A DNA stretch of 64,000 nt from Leptogorgia sarmentosa (lineage: Eukaryota): assembly GCA_964658305.1 (NCBI GenBank), contig OZ210884.1:3968001-4032000 (forward strand), given 5' to 3'. Both the position numbers and the translations under genes were made by a program. Of this stretch, positions 48,801 to 60,333 are shown piece by piece. Every line of letters starts with the position of its first letter. Within the stretch, counting starts at the first letter, position 1. The notes beneath the pieces were generated by a model. That model had not been told where the DNA came from, made no database searches, and saw nothing but the letters and a program-made list of their open reading frames with translations.

Positions 48801-51800
48801 ATACGTGAGTGGAGAACGAGTTATTTCTCTTGCCAGAAAACGCGTCGGTTTTTATTCTGGATATCGTTAATACCCGTTTCCCTTGTGTCTGGGGGTTAGA
48901 TATTTTCATTTTCCGACGGGTATCCTCGTAAATGGCGAGAGGCCGAATGTAACGAGGCACCACCCTCGTTGGTGCCGAGCGGGAAAATTGTGATCATTCA
49001 TGCAGGACCTCTACATTGCCGGAAACGACCATGTCAAGGTCATAAGTCTACCTTTTTCATGCCTAGTGAATTTGCCGACGATGAAGATAGTTCTCTAACT
49101 ATAAGCAAACGAACAAATCAATTTCACGACGGATTTATCATAAAGTGAGGTTTGTGACCAGGGGCGTAAGATCCAGGGCCCAGCCCCCCCCCCCCAACTT
49201 TTACAAATCGCTCAAAAAGTGCCCTTCCTCTTTTGAGGTAAAGTGACCGCTTTGTGTATACTTGTCAATGTCAAATGCCCTTTTCATCAGATGACCCCCA
49301 TCTTCAATGTGCTTCCCACGCCCCTGTTAGTGAAAACTCCTCAACCAGCCGCCCCTGAAGCTACATGGTTGTCTATTTACCTCCATTTCTACACTGCGCC
49401 TTCTCCGCCTTCTTCTTCTTGAAGCATCGACCTCACCACAATACACTTTAAGATTGGCCAGTTTACAATTGTTATTCATGTTGCAGAAGGATTGCGGGAA
49501 TTTGATTGGATCGCTAACCACAGTAATGTAATTGTCCTTTAGCTTAGCCTGGACCTCCTTGTCATTACAATCACCTTTGAAGTAGTACGCACTGGACATT
49601 TTCAAGGATCCGCTGCTAGGATCTTCACGGCCTAAGTAGAATGATATTACCAAAATCAGTAGAAAGTCTTTTCCGGAAGTAAAACGTGCATTTTATAACC
49701 CGGGAAACGCTCACTTTTCAAGACGTCACGGTGAAGGAATGCTTCGTAGCGAGGCAATGAATTCTCTCTACTTATTTAGTCTGTATACGCAGATACGCAT
49801 GGTCATTTCGACCATTTTCAAATTGTTGGTCATATTCGTAACAAATTCTAAATTAATTCTTTCCATGCATAATTACAAATTTGTCAAATCCATCGCCAAA
49901 GGACCTTTTAACATTAACGTAATGAAATCTTATAATAATTCTTTTCGTGCACGCGGTATGTTTTTCTCCGCGCGCAATACAAAAATATACAAAATTCAAG
50001 CCAACTTAGGAAGGTCAGATTTTCCTTATTTCACAATTATGTTTCGCAAGAAAACTTCTATAAATTCTGATTGTTTTACCAAGGTGAAATGAAAGAATTT
50101 CTTCTTTCAAAGTTCTTCAAATTTTAGTTATGAGTTGGAAGGTACATTATAATTATCACGATCAAAAAACTACCAGACTTATGAACGATAGACAATGACG
50201 TAACGTGTGGAACTCATATAATTTATAGGTTCGATTTGTGCAGAATTCACCAAGAATGTAATGCCATTTAACAAACTTACGAGCGCAATCAGGCCAAACT
50301 GTCGGTGCTCCAAAGGGGAAAGGTGGCCAATACATCCAAGCTGTATTCACGCAATAATAAAGATATTGAGGTTGGTATGCAAAATCGTATCCATCTCTAC
50401 AAAGCGCTTGACATGATAGGGACGGAACAGTCAGACATACCAAAGCACCATTTTTTGGCCGCTTTTGCAACAGGCAGCTAGGAGCTAAAGCGAAAAGACA
50501 AATACACGATGTTTATCTTAAGAAAACAAAAAAAATTCACAAGAATGTCAGGATATACAAGGAAAACCTCGGGAATCTATACGTACGAATCTAGACATTA
50601 CTTTCTCATTAGAATCTTCCGACGAGAAACGTGTATCGTCCGCGACCAAAGATTAAAGAGTTATTGACCGTGCGTGAGGTCTGTACTGTCCGAGGTTGTT
50701 TAGAATTTTTTTAGTATTTTAGTTGTTTAGTTTCTGATATTTCACAGTACAGACCGAATTAACAAGCAAGGTCAATAAACTGTTTATTATACGGCTGAAT
50801 TCAGTAACTTGAGCATATTATGCTTTTCGCGCGAATTAAATCTGCTATCATCAGTTTCACTGGGTAACAGTATATGGTAGACATACATGCTCAATTCAAA
50901 ACAATTTGGCTCTTGGAAATTTTTATATGTAGCTATATTTAAATTGAAAACTGTTTGCCGCAAGAAATTTCCCGCAATTAGGTTAAAACGTTATCCGGGA
51001 CACCGGTCCAAAAACGGAAAATACGGAGCACGGTCTGGATATGGGTTTTACGGACCGCTTCTGGACCAATCAGAATAAAGAATTTTGAGAAGCCATATAA
51101 TAATTTGCGATTATTCAAAGATTTATTTTAAGATACGCATGTGTGCTCAAGATTTCCAATACTTCAAGTTTAAGGTTAGGGTGAGGATTGCTGTTATGAT
51201 TAGTGTTAGCATTAGCGTTAGGGCAATGGACACGATTAAATGATGATGATCATGATGCTACCGACCATCAAGGTTGCTACCGACTCGACTATCTGCCGAA
51301 AAAACGTTTCCTGTCGTGATTCCCTCAGAAAGTAGAGGAGAGGTTAAGATATCCAATTCCTGCAAATGGGTACGTGTAGTGATATTTTGATCGAATATTT
51401 TCTGCTTGTTGCATCAGCCTATGGTCTTTTACGAAAGAACAACAGTGATTAAATTTAAATACAAAGATATTGATGCAATTTTATCAAAAAAATAACTCTA
51501 CCCGTACTGGTTTGCAGAAATCGGGATGTCGTGTATAACCTCTCTATTGCTATACAGCAACACCTTAGTTTGATATTTTCCCGTGCAGCTCTCAGTTTCA
51601 GTCAGTAAGTTAGAAATATTTACATGAATACGACCTTGTACTCTCTTAATTCAAAAGATTGAAATTTTCAATCTTTCCACAGTTTGAAAAATAAGTCAGT
51701 CTAATTGATTGAAATTAGGGTGAAAATACTCTTTCAGTGTGCAATTCGATTGAAAGTACGTCAGTGGATAGAAACGACTGAGAATCATTTCAATTTTTGT

Positions 51801-54800
51801 AAAGATTTGAAATTCTAAGCCAATCATATTGCTCAAACGTCGCGTGTGCGGCTATAACAGACGAAGAATAAGCTTCTTTAAATCGAAAATCGATTGAAAT
51901 TTGATTGAAAAGTCACTCTTTTAAATTAATTTTCCATTCAATCGCCCATAGAATTTATTTTCAATGGAAAAAGTTTGGTCCGTAAAAACAATCCCAACGA
52001 GATCGTATTTACGGATAAATAAATTAAATTTTCAATCATTGCAATTTTGAGAGCAATTATTATATCGAGAAGTACACTGTTCGAAGAATTTTAACTCGTT
52101 GATGAGAATTGGCCACGTGATGCGAAACACTCACGTTGACGAAGAACGAGCATTAATTTCTTTCTTAATTTGCTGAATGATGCGTTGAATGAATATCGTT
52201 TATCACTTGAGTTTATTTCACTTACTTATCAGCTTAACTTCAAATTGACATGTCACATTTTTGTTCCCAGCAACATCCGTTGCGGTATAGGTGACCTACA
52301 TGAAAGTTTAATATGAATAAAATAAATATAAACATAATTATAAATATTATAATATTTATCTTTATATATTATTAAATATAAATTATGATGAAAATTTTAT
52401 GATGGCATTCGTTGAAAAATATTATGTAGCAAAGCAATACCAGAGTCTGCCCTTCTTTGAAGTCTCCACCGTTTGGAACGTTTGATAAGACAGTTGGATC
52501 CTTCCCGGAGTTATCTTTAAAAACTGGATCGTCCCATGTTACTCTCATTGTCAGTACATTTGGAGGTTGTCCTTGGAAGTCTTCCTCGATTCTATCCGGA
52601 CACGATGTATAGTAAGGTGGCTCATTATCTGGAATCAAATTTTATAAAAATAATGAGAGAAGAAACTAGGGAAAAGAGAGGCTGTTGTGGTTATTGGCCA
52701 AAGTAAGACAAATTCCTGCCCTGGATTGCTTCCAGCGCTCTTGAAAAGGGAAACAGAGTGCGCAAAAGATAGTACAACGAATGATAATCATTTTTTCAAT
52801 TTCATCACAGACAGAAAGTTTTCTAAAAAAAACACATAATTTATACACCTACCTGAAACTTCAATGTCAAATTCGCATTCAGCTCTATTATTTGCTTTAT
52901 CCGTGAGGATGTAATGGATTCTGTGTTTACCAATTGTAAATTCTCGTGGACTCTTATAGCCTTTTACTTCAACCAACGTTATTTTGTGATTCACGTCGTG
53001 CAGCATTGAGTTATCTTCATAATGAGGAATTTCCCACTCTACCCGAGCCGTGTTTGTACGAAACGTTGTATTGTATGGAAATACTTTGTTGTTCTTGGGA
53101 CAGTTTGTAAATTTTGGAGGTTCTTCATCTAAAATTACATTAAAACGTCTTTTATACCTTGAAGGACGTCTCATTATTTATCTTTCAAAACCTTCCTGAT
53201 TGAATGTCTACTCCATTTACTCATTTTAAAATGTAATTGTCAGTTGACCTTATTTTACGTAATGGGCTCAATGAAATCTACATAAAAAATCTATTACAAC
53301 CTTCAATGTGATTTCTATATTCCAAAATTTATATCACTGAGTTTAGAACTTTACTCTTTATTATAAAAGCGTTCCTGTCCTCTACCTTAGCGATTCCAGG
53401 CGATCGATCCATCAGACCTACCCTACCTTCACAAACTTGGTTTTGACCAATCCACTTTCCATTAACACCGCAATACCAAGTAGATGACTGTGATCTTGAG
53501 GCATTAAACTTGTATCCTGTTGGGCAGTCAAATCGGCAGGCCGAATCAAATATCATTGGTCGTCTGAGACAATCACGGTCATTCACAGTTGCCAAGTCCA
53601 ATGAATTCAATGGCGGGCATTTTACAACTGAAAGGATAAAAATGAACGTGAAAAGTTCTATAGTATAGGAAATAGTTAATTCGCACGCACGGATACGCTC
53701 GAAATACTATAGTGATCAGGCATCGCCAAGCCTATAGGCTGGGGAGGGCTTTGGCCCCTTAGCTTTTTTTCTGGAATAGGTCATAATATGCGACTAAGAA
53801 TGTATAGGAAAACAGATAAAATAATTTTAGTTCAAGATTTGGAGAAACGTCAAAGTGGGTAGGAAATGGATTTAGATGGATGAATTTGATTGGAAATTTT
53901 TCCAGCCAACTTCTGCCGTTAAGCTATCTTAACGATCGTAGAGAAAAAACTAGGAAATATCAAGGAATTATATGAGTCTTTTTCCTGATTGAAGTCAATT
54001 CATCATCTTGTCAACTGTCACAATACGTTTATGTACCGTTGGGCTAATAATCAAAGAGACTAAGGTTACATATGATATACCTTCACAAGCAGTGTCCTCG
54101 CCTGACCATGTTTTATCCACTCGACAGATCTTCACACCAGAGCCGACAAGGCGATACCCACGTGAGCACTTGTACGTACAATTGGTTCCAACACGAAGGT
54201 CAGTAATGTTACAATTACCATATTCTGCTACAGCATTTGGAACTCTGGATTGTTCGCAAACAATTCCTGAATTAAAAATGTCAATGAAGAATTTGAAATT
54301 TGAATTTTGGATTCGGAAAACACTAGGCCATATAGAATGAAGTTTACTGCGAAAAAAAGAAATATTTCAACATTGATTTAGAATTTGAGCAAGACGTGAT
54401 TTTTTGCCGCAATATGAGATTTAGTCAGAATTTAGGCTGAAAACCTGGAAGAAAAAGAAGCCATGCGACTGGTACAATAATCACAAAATCAGCTCCAAAA
54501 TCCTGCTGGCCAAAGCTCAAAAACAAACAATCGGTTTCTACCTAAACAACGCACTTATGCAAGACTTTTTCAAGCGCACACATTGTTGTAGTTCCTAAAT
54601 CGGCTACCGCATAGTAGTTTTCTTACGTTTACAATCGGGTGTTATATCACTAGGCGTCCAAAATGCTCCACCCGTGTTGTCGTCTCGAACTGTACAAATT
54701 CGGGTCTGCAAAAGGTAAAAATCAATACATCAAATGGGATTTTGTGCTTGAATATGAAGGATGATTATATGAAACATTGGTCTCTCAATTTCGCCATATC

Positions 54801-57800
54801 ATACGCAAAACAGCTAGTTGAATAGGTGAAATTAGAGAGATTTCACGAGTGAAATTTTGTGGAAAATCTTACCAAAAAAAGACTTACTCAAATTGTCTAG
54901 ATATTACAGGAACGTAAATCATTTTTGTAACAAAGCATCCTCATTAACGATTATTAGCCATACAATTATGATAATTAAGAGTCATAGATTCAGGGCGGTA
55001 GTTAGAGAAATGCATCTCAAGACAGCATATATGTTGTGAATGCTGCTGTGTAGTAATAAATGAATTTCATAATATATAGCTATCCTATATTTTGTAACCT
55101 GTTGCAGTACTTTATACATTAATTATGAATTTTTCGGGAGCTTTTTGGAATTCTTATTTTACTTTTACCTTGCGAACATATCATTCAATGGCGAAAATCG
55201 ATTCCAAAAAATGGAGGGGGTGGGGAGGCTGTTTCTGGTTTCCCGAGAGTTGAAAACGTACATACATCCCTCCTATCAAGTATTCCAAGAGGAACGTAGG
55301 AGCGTTTTCAAACTAGAGGTTAGGAAACAACGTTCCATAAGGCGCCACTATGGTTAGCGCAAAAAGAGAAAATTTTGAACATTTAAAACCTCTAGATCGC
55401 CGTGAATGACCATTTCGGAGTCAGAAATCTAACTCATTGGTAGGCTGGTTCTGGTGTACGAATGAAAGATTGCTACCATTAATTATTATATAGCTGTATG
55501 ACTTTTATAATGATTATAGCCACCATGCAATTAAAGAAAACAAGGAATAGTAAATAGTTAGGAGGGGACGGTTATATAGTCGTCTCCCCAAGCCAAAAAC
55601 TGTGGGAGATTCCCTCCCCCCACCCCCCCACCCCCCCCCGTGCCCGCCCCCCGGAATTGACGCCCGTGATATCATTCCATACGCTGGGTGATGAACCTTA
55701 TACTGACCCTATAATAATTGAAGTATATACTTGCTTACTTTTTCACCGATTAACTCGTAATCGAATGGACAGTGGAAAGTGCACGTGTCGCCATAATTTC
55801 TTCCACAATTTGTTGGGTTCGTGTACCCTTTATCTGGCACGTGCAAACTAAGACATTGTTTGACTATAATGTAAAAGCGAAAAAGGATGCTACTATTAAA
55901 CCATTATGGATATCAAAAGTGAGGGTTACTGTAGGGCCCGCGGTGTGGGAGGGGAGGGGGGGGGGTGACCTTTCCAGAAATTAACATTAAACTTCTACAT
56001 TCTCCTCTTGTTGCCCAAACCATTGGTGGGACACGTTTGAGCGGTGTAATAAATCAGGGATATCAGGCATATATATTTTCGGATAGGAAAATTTGTTGAA
56101 ATTGAAAATCTGTGCGATAGTGTATTGTACGAGAACATAAATTGTACATAATTATCCAACTATGTTCAATGCGTGTGTATAATAGCTTTGAACTGGACAA
56201 CGAAAACCAAGGTATTTATACCAATTCTGTTCGTCACAGTTGCGGCCGTATCTCGCGCTCAAAATTGAAGTTCGTCGAAATATATATTTCAAATTTTGAG
56301 GTTTCTCATCGGCATGCAGGACCATCTAAAAAGCTTGATGGATGAAAGTAAAAGGATTTTGGAGGGTACGCCAAAGAGAAAATTACTTTCGAAATATTGC
56401 ATTAGTTGTTGAAACCAAGGCTTCATTCGTGTTTCGCTGGTTATATATACGAACTTTGATGCTCATAATTTTTACATTCTCTTTGGTTTCTCAATTTCCA
56501 CACATACTTTCGAAGATAGTAAACAGTTCTATTGTCAAGACAATAATCATAGAATAATTTGATTTTGAGAGGAACGCCAAAAAGATTTCAGGTTTTGAAC
56601 TCATATATGCATTTCGTCCGAAATACGCGGCATGGAAAAAATTCTCCTCTTAAACGTGGTGAGGGCAAAAGCGTGAGGGTGTTTTAATTTTTTTTATCTT
56701 CAGTCTGTAGAACTTACATCTTAAATTTAGAGATATTTCATCCCGTACGATCAACTGAATGTAATTGGCATTAAAAGCAACTTCCATAAATGGGAAAAAA
56801 AGTCGTGAGACGCTTACTTGTACAGTCTGAACCGCTGGCTGGAGTTCCTTCATATCCTTTCTTACATTCACAATCTTGGATCGTTATACTTCCCAGTTTA
56901 CTGCTACCCGAGTTGGCAGGACACTTTGTGCAAGATTTTTCAGCTAAGCCAGGATACTTCTTGTAAGTACCGGGTGCACACGCTGGAATATTAAAAAAAT
57001 GCGTGCAATTAGAATCATGGATTTTTTATGAATTATCGGTCATGCGCTCATATCTTCATTTAAAGAGAGTTAACGTACAAAGAGAGTTCATCAAAGGAGA
57101 GTTAACGTACCATGATCGACGTCAGAATTTTAATATTATCGTTAATATTGTATTAGGAAGTATTCAAATGTGATTGAACTAGTTGTATATTTACCTTAAT
57201 CCAAACCCAAACCCTATTATAAAATTAGGGAATAGCTATCCCTGAGAAAACTATTATCTCTTCTGCATGTAAGAAAAGTTGATTTTGTCAAGTGAGAAGG
57301 CAGTGCATACTCACAAATCGAATATTTCTGAACCCTAAGAGAATTTCCAAATGAAAAAAATATATAATTGGCAATCCTAATGCCTATTTGTGCAAATCCC
57401 TGCATGAGTACCGAAATTGTTAGCTAAAACAAACTAAACAAGAAGACTAAGTTTCATTATTACTGTCTCAGCAGGGTCAATTTTTATTCCCCTCCTATTG
57501 ACATTTTTGGAATCATTGAAAAGTTATTCTTGCATCATATATCACCTATTGCTATGAACCAAACACCAATCAATATATTGAACATATTTGCTATTACCTG
57601 CTTCATCGCTCTTGCCGAAATCAATTAAAATTTAAGACGAGTTCACATATTGCAAAACAGGTGTTTCAACAATCCAAATTAAAAATGTGAAAGTAATTTG
57701 AAAGCATAATTTAACGTTAATAGCAAGCATTTTTGAAACCAAAAAAGTAAACACCTGACCGGAACGAATGCGAAAATGATATTTGAGTTGTGTCAAGAAT

Positions 57801-60333
57801 ATAACGGAATGGAGGGTTGGGGGGAGGAGGGGGGGGGGGGGGGCAGATGGCGTTGCTATCCTCTGCCCTTTTTCCTCTTAAAGTTTTGACTATAGCCTAT
57901 TGTAGACTTGCATTAATTTGTTTCCATTTGAAATATATAGATTGAAATACTATGCATACTATATAAAAGTATACCATTTAAAAAACATTGTCCGTGCTAT
58001 TAAGTAAGACGAAAATTTTCTGTATGTCCCGTGTCTAGTGTTCAAAACTAAATTCGTCGAAATATAAATTTAGAATTTTGAGGTTTCTCAATCGGCAGAC
58101 TCGCTTAGAAAGCTTTATAGACTCATAATTAATGATATAAAGTGCGGAAAATAAAAAGATTTTGGAGGGTACGCCAAAGAGAAAATTACGTTTGAAATCT
58201 TGCATTTAATGTTGAAATCAAGGCTTCATTCATGTTGCGCTGGCTGTACGACCATTGATGCTCATGCATGATTTTTATATTCCTATTGTTTCTCAATACC
58301 CAGATATAATTTCGAAGATAGCAAACAGTTTTTCCAAGACAATAATCATAGAATAATTTGATTTTGAGGGGAACGCCTAAAAGATTTCGGGTTTTGAACA
58401 CATTTCGATGAAAATACGCGACATTACGATTGAGTATATACTCACGTGTACATTTTCCCGCTTCTCCGGTACCATAATACCCAGCATGGCAAATGCAAAC
58501 GTATCTTCCACTAAGCAGACCACAACCACACGAGGCGTGATCATCACAGGTATATTTACATTTTATCGCCGGTACATGTTCCGCATCATAATCCAGCTGG
58601 TAAGGATCTACATGGGAGAGTAAATGGAAATTTTTCACGCTTCTTATATCATTCGGGGCATCAGACTGCAGATTACTACTTAAATTCCGATTGTAACGCA
58701 AAAACCGCCGAGATTTTTTACCTCCTTTGTATATTCTTTCTTCACAGTGGAATATAGACACGACTGACTAAACAACTTTTAGTTATGGCTGTTTGGTGTA
58801 TTTAATTGAACAAGGAAAACTATGTACGACGTCCAAACATGTTGTAAAAATTTTCATTTGTTTCATACACTTTTTTTTATTTCTTTCTAAACAGGCAGAA
58901 TATAATATTTTTTTACATTCGACTCATTGTTGGAAAAAATACATGTAATGCGAACAAAATGGCGTTTCAATTGAACGGAATGCACTGTAAATTGCTGGTT
59001 AATTTCTCTATAGAAGCATCGCTGGTATATGCACATTTCGGTGGAAAGGAATGATAGGTGCGCGAGATCCATGTTTGCACCAACTTTATTTCAACTCTTA
59101 ATTTGCAGGCTTGATAATTGATACATGTATGCACCTACAAAGATCAGTTACGCTCTGGTCACTTCTGCAGTTCTGGTGACTTTATACCACGTGCACCTCA
59201 CGATTGCGCGGAAAACAAGAGCGACAAATTACTCGTTTCACATTGAAACTGTTCAATTGTTTTCTCTGAACAGATATCTTGCACTGTACGTATTACAGCG
59301 ATTCATTATAAGTGTAATTCGACAGTTAGAGAATCAACCTTTTTACAGGAGACTCTGAAAACATGAAGCGGGGTTTAAGAGACGTGAAATGGTACGAGGT
59401 CTCAGTCTCTCATTATTTCTAGGTTTGATCGTTTGAACCGTTAAGCTAAAAGTAATTATATAATTTTTGAGGCATTTTCATGAACAGCTTTCAAACAGGC
59501 AAAAACTCTTGTCAGCTATCACGTGATGTTCAAGGTCCTTCAGAAGTCATGCTTCGGCTTTTAAATCTTCCTAATGATTGCTAGTGGCATGATAACTTAC
59601 CTCCACGAATATGCGTGGCTAACTCTCTGAATTTATCAAAGTCACTGTAGTAGAAATAGTGAGCGGATGTCGTTGCTACTGATTGCAAAAACGTTGGATT
59701 TGCTCCACTCACACCGACGGCGAAAACTTCGACGCTATTTCCCTTTATGTTGGCGATTCTGCTCCTCGGATCTCCACCATCATTGTAATGTCCGTCTGTG
59801 AGTAAGAATACTACCTTGTTCACGTACACTCCTTGGGCATTGACGACCTTCCAAGGACGCACGTTCGTACTCTGTGCGCCAAACAGAATTTCTTCCACTT
59901 TGGAAAACGCGTCATTCATGTTCGTCATGACCCCTGTGTAATGAACGCCAGCGAACCGTTCATTGAACTCGCATTTATTATTCAGACCAGTTATATCCGA
60001 TACATAGTTAATGTCTATTGTAGCATGGTCTCCGAAGCGAATGACGGCTACACGAGTTGCCGGTTTAGCGATTTTGATTTTACTCAATAAAGATGTGATA
60101 AATGTTTTTTCATCACGGAACCCGTTTTGCCCTCTGCTCCATAAACTTCCTGAGTTGTCCATAAGGAAAAATATATCAGCTTTGCTGTTTGCATATTTCG
60201 ATTGGAACTCTGTCAAGCGTTGCTCGCCATTGTACCAAGTGTACGTTTCTCCAAAATGAAGAAAAAAGAGAAAAGCCAAGCCAAACAAGACAAGTCTTAA
60301 CGCGTACATGTTGCCTTGCGATGCAGCGCCCAT
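20510..60333 (-). CDS. SVEP1: SVEP1/polydom-like secreted multidomain ECM protein, ~2634 aa, 38 coding exons: 60333-59601, 58607-58446, 56982-56818, 55863-55739, 54705-54627, 54266-54081, 53627-53427, 53128-52853, 52628-52441, 52295-52226, 50484-50281, 49631-49381, 48198-47874, 45160-44999, 44556-44395, 43665-43504, 42917-42748, 41236-40908, 40217-40033, 39234-38866, 37859-37584, 36826-36581, 35975-35653, 35242-35107, 33846-33796, 33132-33025, 32467-32309, 30770-30648, 30339-30223, 29395-29267, 28237-28061, 27515-27336, 26605-26429, 25857-25684, 24764-24588, 23740-23567, 21828-21496, 20850-20510
   Basis: All exons are bounded by AG/GT with consistent phases and sum to 7905 nt. Domain order: signal peptide - vWA - ephrin-receptor-like - 3 CCP - 2 HYR - CCP - polybasic linker - 3 ephrin-receptor-like - EGF array - pentraxin - PAN - F5/8 - EGF - CCP - 3 cbEGF - 6 CCP - 2 CUB. 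The N-terminal half follows SVEP1 order. The start could alternatively be the ATG at 60309, and an acceptor at 60349 implies an upstream UTR exon. Confidence 0.88.
23129..23445. mobile_element. PIF/Harbinger-type MITE, TTA TSD
   Basis: Imperfect TIRs GGGTCCGGTGATTATTTATGGCAGGGGTAGGGGCTGAAGAGAAA / TTTCTTTTCAGCCCCCACCCCTCCCATAGATAATGACCGCTCCC. TTA at 23126-23128 and 23446-23448. Confidence 0.75.
25070..25136. repeat. 10-bp minisatellite (GATCGCCCAA-like)
   Basis: About six tandem degenerate units; related motifs at 24937-24975 and 25160-25212. Confidence 0.75.
25504..25675. mobile_element. PIF/Harbinger-type MITE, TAA TSD, almost wholly palindromic
   Basis: A(T)GCCCGTTTACCCTTGCAACTTT..GCGATTTCTAG.GCGATTTTCTCCTTTTGA versus TCAAAAGGAGAAAATCGCACTAGAAATCGC..AAAGTTGCAAGTGTAAACGGGCCT. 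TAA at 25501-25503 and 25676-25678. Confidence 0.85.
26678..26752. repeat. 13-bp minisatellite (ACCATGCTTCTTA)n, decaying
   Basis: Three near-perfect units followed by three degenerate units. Confidence 0.8.
27712..27957. mobile_element. hAT-type MITE
   Basis: CAGGG...CCCTG termini; 8-bp TSD TGTCCTAA / TGTCCTAT (7 of 8 match). Confidence 0.7.
28861..29219. mobile_element. Non-autonomous element ending in a ~180-bp hairpin (Crypton-like, family uncertain)
   Basis: Hairpin 29033-29212 with arms AATAGAAAAC..GGGAGAACGAGAAATGTGTGGAAACAC and GTGTTTCCACACATTTCTCGTTCTCCC..TTTTCTATT. Upstream GATTGG motif. Related copy at 33889-34299. Confidence 0.65.
29418..29844. mobile_element. Kolobok-like MITE family A, copy 1 (TTAA TSD)
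   Basis: TTAA|GACGAAGATTTT ... AAAATTATCCTC|TTAA. Homologous to 56225-56649, 58008-58424 and 61673-62041. Confidence 0.8.
31794..31890 (+). mobile_element. Possible CMC/EnSpm-like end with 11-bp subterminal tandem repeats (ATTCACATCTG)
   Basis: TA|CCCTTACGAAAA start shared with 13719; tandem TCACATCTGAT / TCACATGTGG repeats. Confidence 0.4.
33889..34299. mobile_element. Non-autonomous long-hairpin element, relative of 28861-29219
   Basis: Hairpin ~34106-34283 with the same AAGTTTGGGAGAA..GAAAT.GTGTGGAAACA core; upstream GATTGG motif. Confidence 0.65.
34406..34950. mobile_element. Long-TIR (~90 bp) non-autonomous element containing a tRNA-like segment and GGGTTA-like repeats
   Basis: TCAACGGGTAGTACCC.ATATTTCTCAATTGAGAACACGGGTAATGCCCACGCTGGACTATCG at ~34433-34495 is inverted at ~34861-34923, and the match extends outward with mismatches. 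Confidence 0.75.
34597..34668 (+). pseudogene. Degenerate tRNA-derived sequence (A and B boxes), not a functional tRNA
   Basis: TAGCTCAAGTGG (A box, 34605-34616) and GTTCAAGCC (B box, 34650-34658) at tRNA-like spacing. Anticodon and T stems do not pair well. Confidence 0.5.
35107..36826 (-). CDS. Polydom-like exons: PAN/apple domain then F5/8 type C (discoidin) domain
   Basis: PAN: CARKC..CRSFEY..TCYLS. F5/8: [51 protein letters not shown]. Confidence 0.9.
37584..39234 (-). CDS. Polydom-like exons: pentraxin/LamG domain
   Basis: [27 protein letters not shown] and [16 protein letters not shown]. Confidence 0.92.
38405..38552 (+). mobile_element. 148-bp insert with 13-bp TSD, internal 28-bp inverted repeat and hammerhead-like motif (Penelope-like remnant?)
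   Basis: AGAGTGAAGCTAT at 38392-38404 and 38553-38565; perfect IR at 38441-38468 / 38526-38553; CCGACGA-A-GGCC-CTTC-GGTC-GAAAC-GTC at 38477-38504. Confidence 0.65.
39268..39440. mobile_element. PIF/Harbinger-type MITE, CAG TSD
   Basis: GGGCCGGTTGTATAAAAC ... GTTTTATACAACCGGTCC, flanked by CAG at 39265-39267 and 39441-39443. Confidence 0.8.
39593..39771. mobile_element. hAT-type MITE with poly-G/poly-C subterminal tracts
   Basis: Perfect [36 protein letters not shown]; 8-bp TSD TGTGTGAT / TATGTGAT. Confidence 0.88.
41601..41812. mobile_element. Truncated Harbinger-type MITE, same family as 44672-44891
   Basis: Shared GTTGTTCAAA.GCCGGTTAGTTTAACCCTGGGTTAA..TAGATC.TTAAGA..CACAAACTAAAACAC.GGGTTAAATTTT. 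Confidence 0.7.
44672..44891. mobile_element. Harbinger-type MITE
   Basis: Imperfect TIRs GGTGTCGGTTGTTCAAA / TTTGAACAATCGGCCCC in a CWG context; second copy at 41601. Confidence 0.7.
45503..46950. mobile_element. Kolobok-like non-autonomous DNA transposon, 1448 bp, TTAA TSD
   Basis: Perfect 27-bp TIR AGGACATTGGCAACGAAAATTTTTATT; TTAA at 45499-45502 and 46951-46954; additional internal inverted motifs; no coding ORF. Confidence 0.88.
49159..49326. mobile_element. hAT-type MITE
   Basis: CAGGGGCGT ... ACGCCCCTG termini; degenerate 8-bp TSD TTTGTGAC / TTAGTGAA. Confidence 0.65.
52226..53128 (-). CDS. Polydom-like exons: two HYR domains
   Basis: [39 protein letters not shown] and [40 protein letters not shown]. 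Confidence 0.9.
55186..55668. mobile_element. hAT-type non-autonomous element
   Basis: Perfect 8-bp TSD ATATCATT at 55178-55185 and 55669-55676; imperfect CA..GGCG TIRs; G-rich and C-rich subtermini. Confidence 0.75.
56225..56649. mobile_element. Kolobok-like MITE family A, copy 2 (left end eroded)
   Basis: Collinear with 29418-29844 and ends CCTC|TTAA. Confidence 0.8.
58008..58424. mobile_element. Kolobok-like MITE family A, copy 3 (right end lost)
   Basis: Starts GACGAAAATTTTC and is collinear with copy 1 up to AAAATACGCGACAT. Confidence 0.8.
59601..60333 (-). CDS. Polydom-like exon: signal peptide plus vWA domain
   Basis: Hydrophobic [17 protein letters not shown] stretch; [11 protein letters not shown] (MIDAS DxSxS), VFLLTDG and VFAVGV. 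Confidence 0.93.

Noticed and set aside
58186..58445. C-terminal extension of the 191-aa ORF beyond the Cys-rich exon
   Set aside because: Read-through past the donor at 58445 into a MITE copy; intronic.
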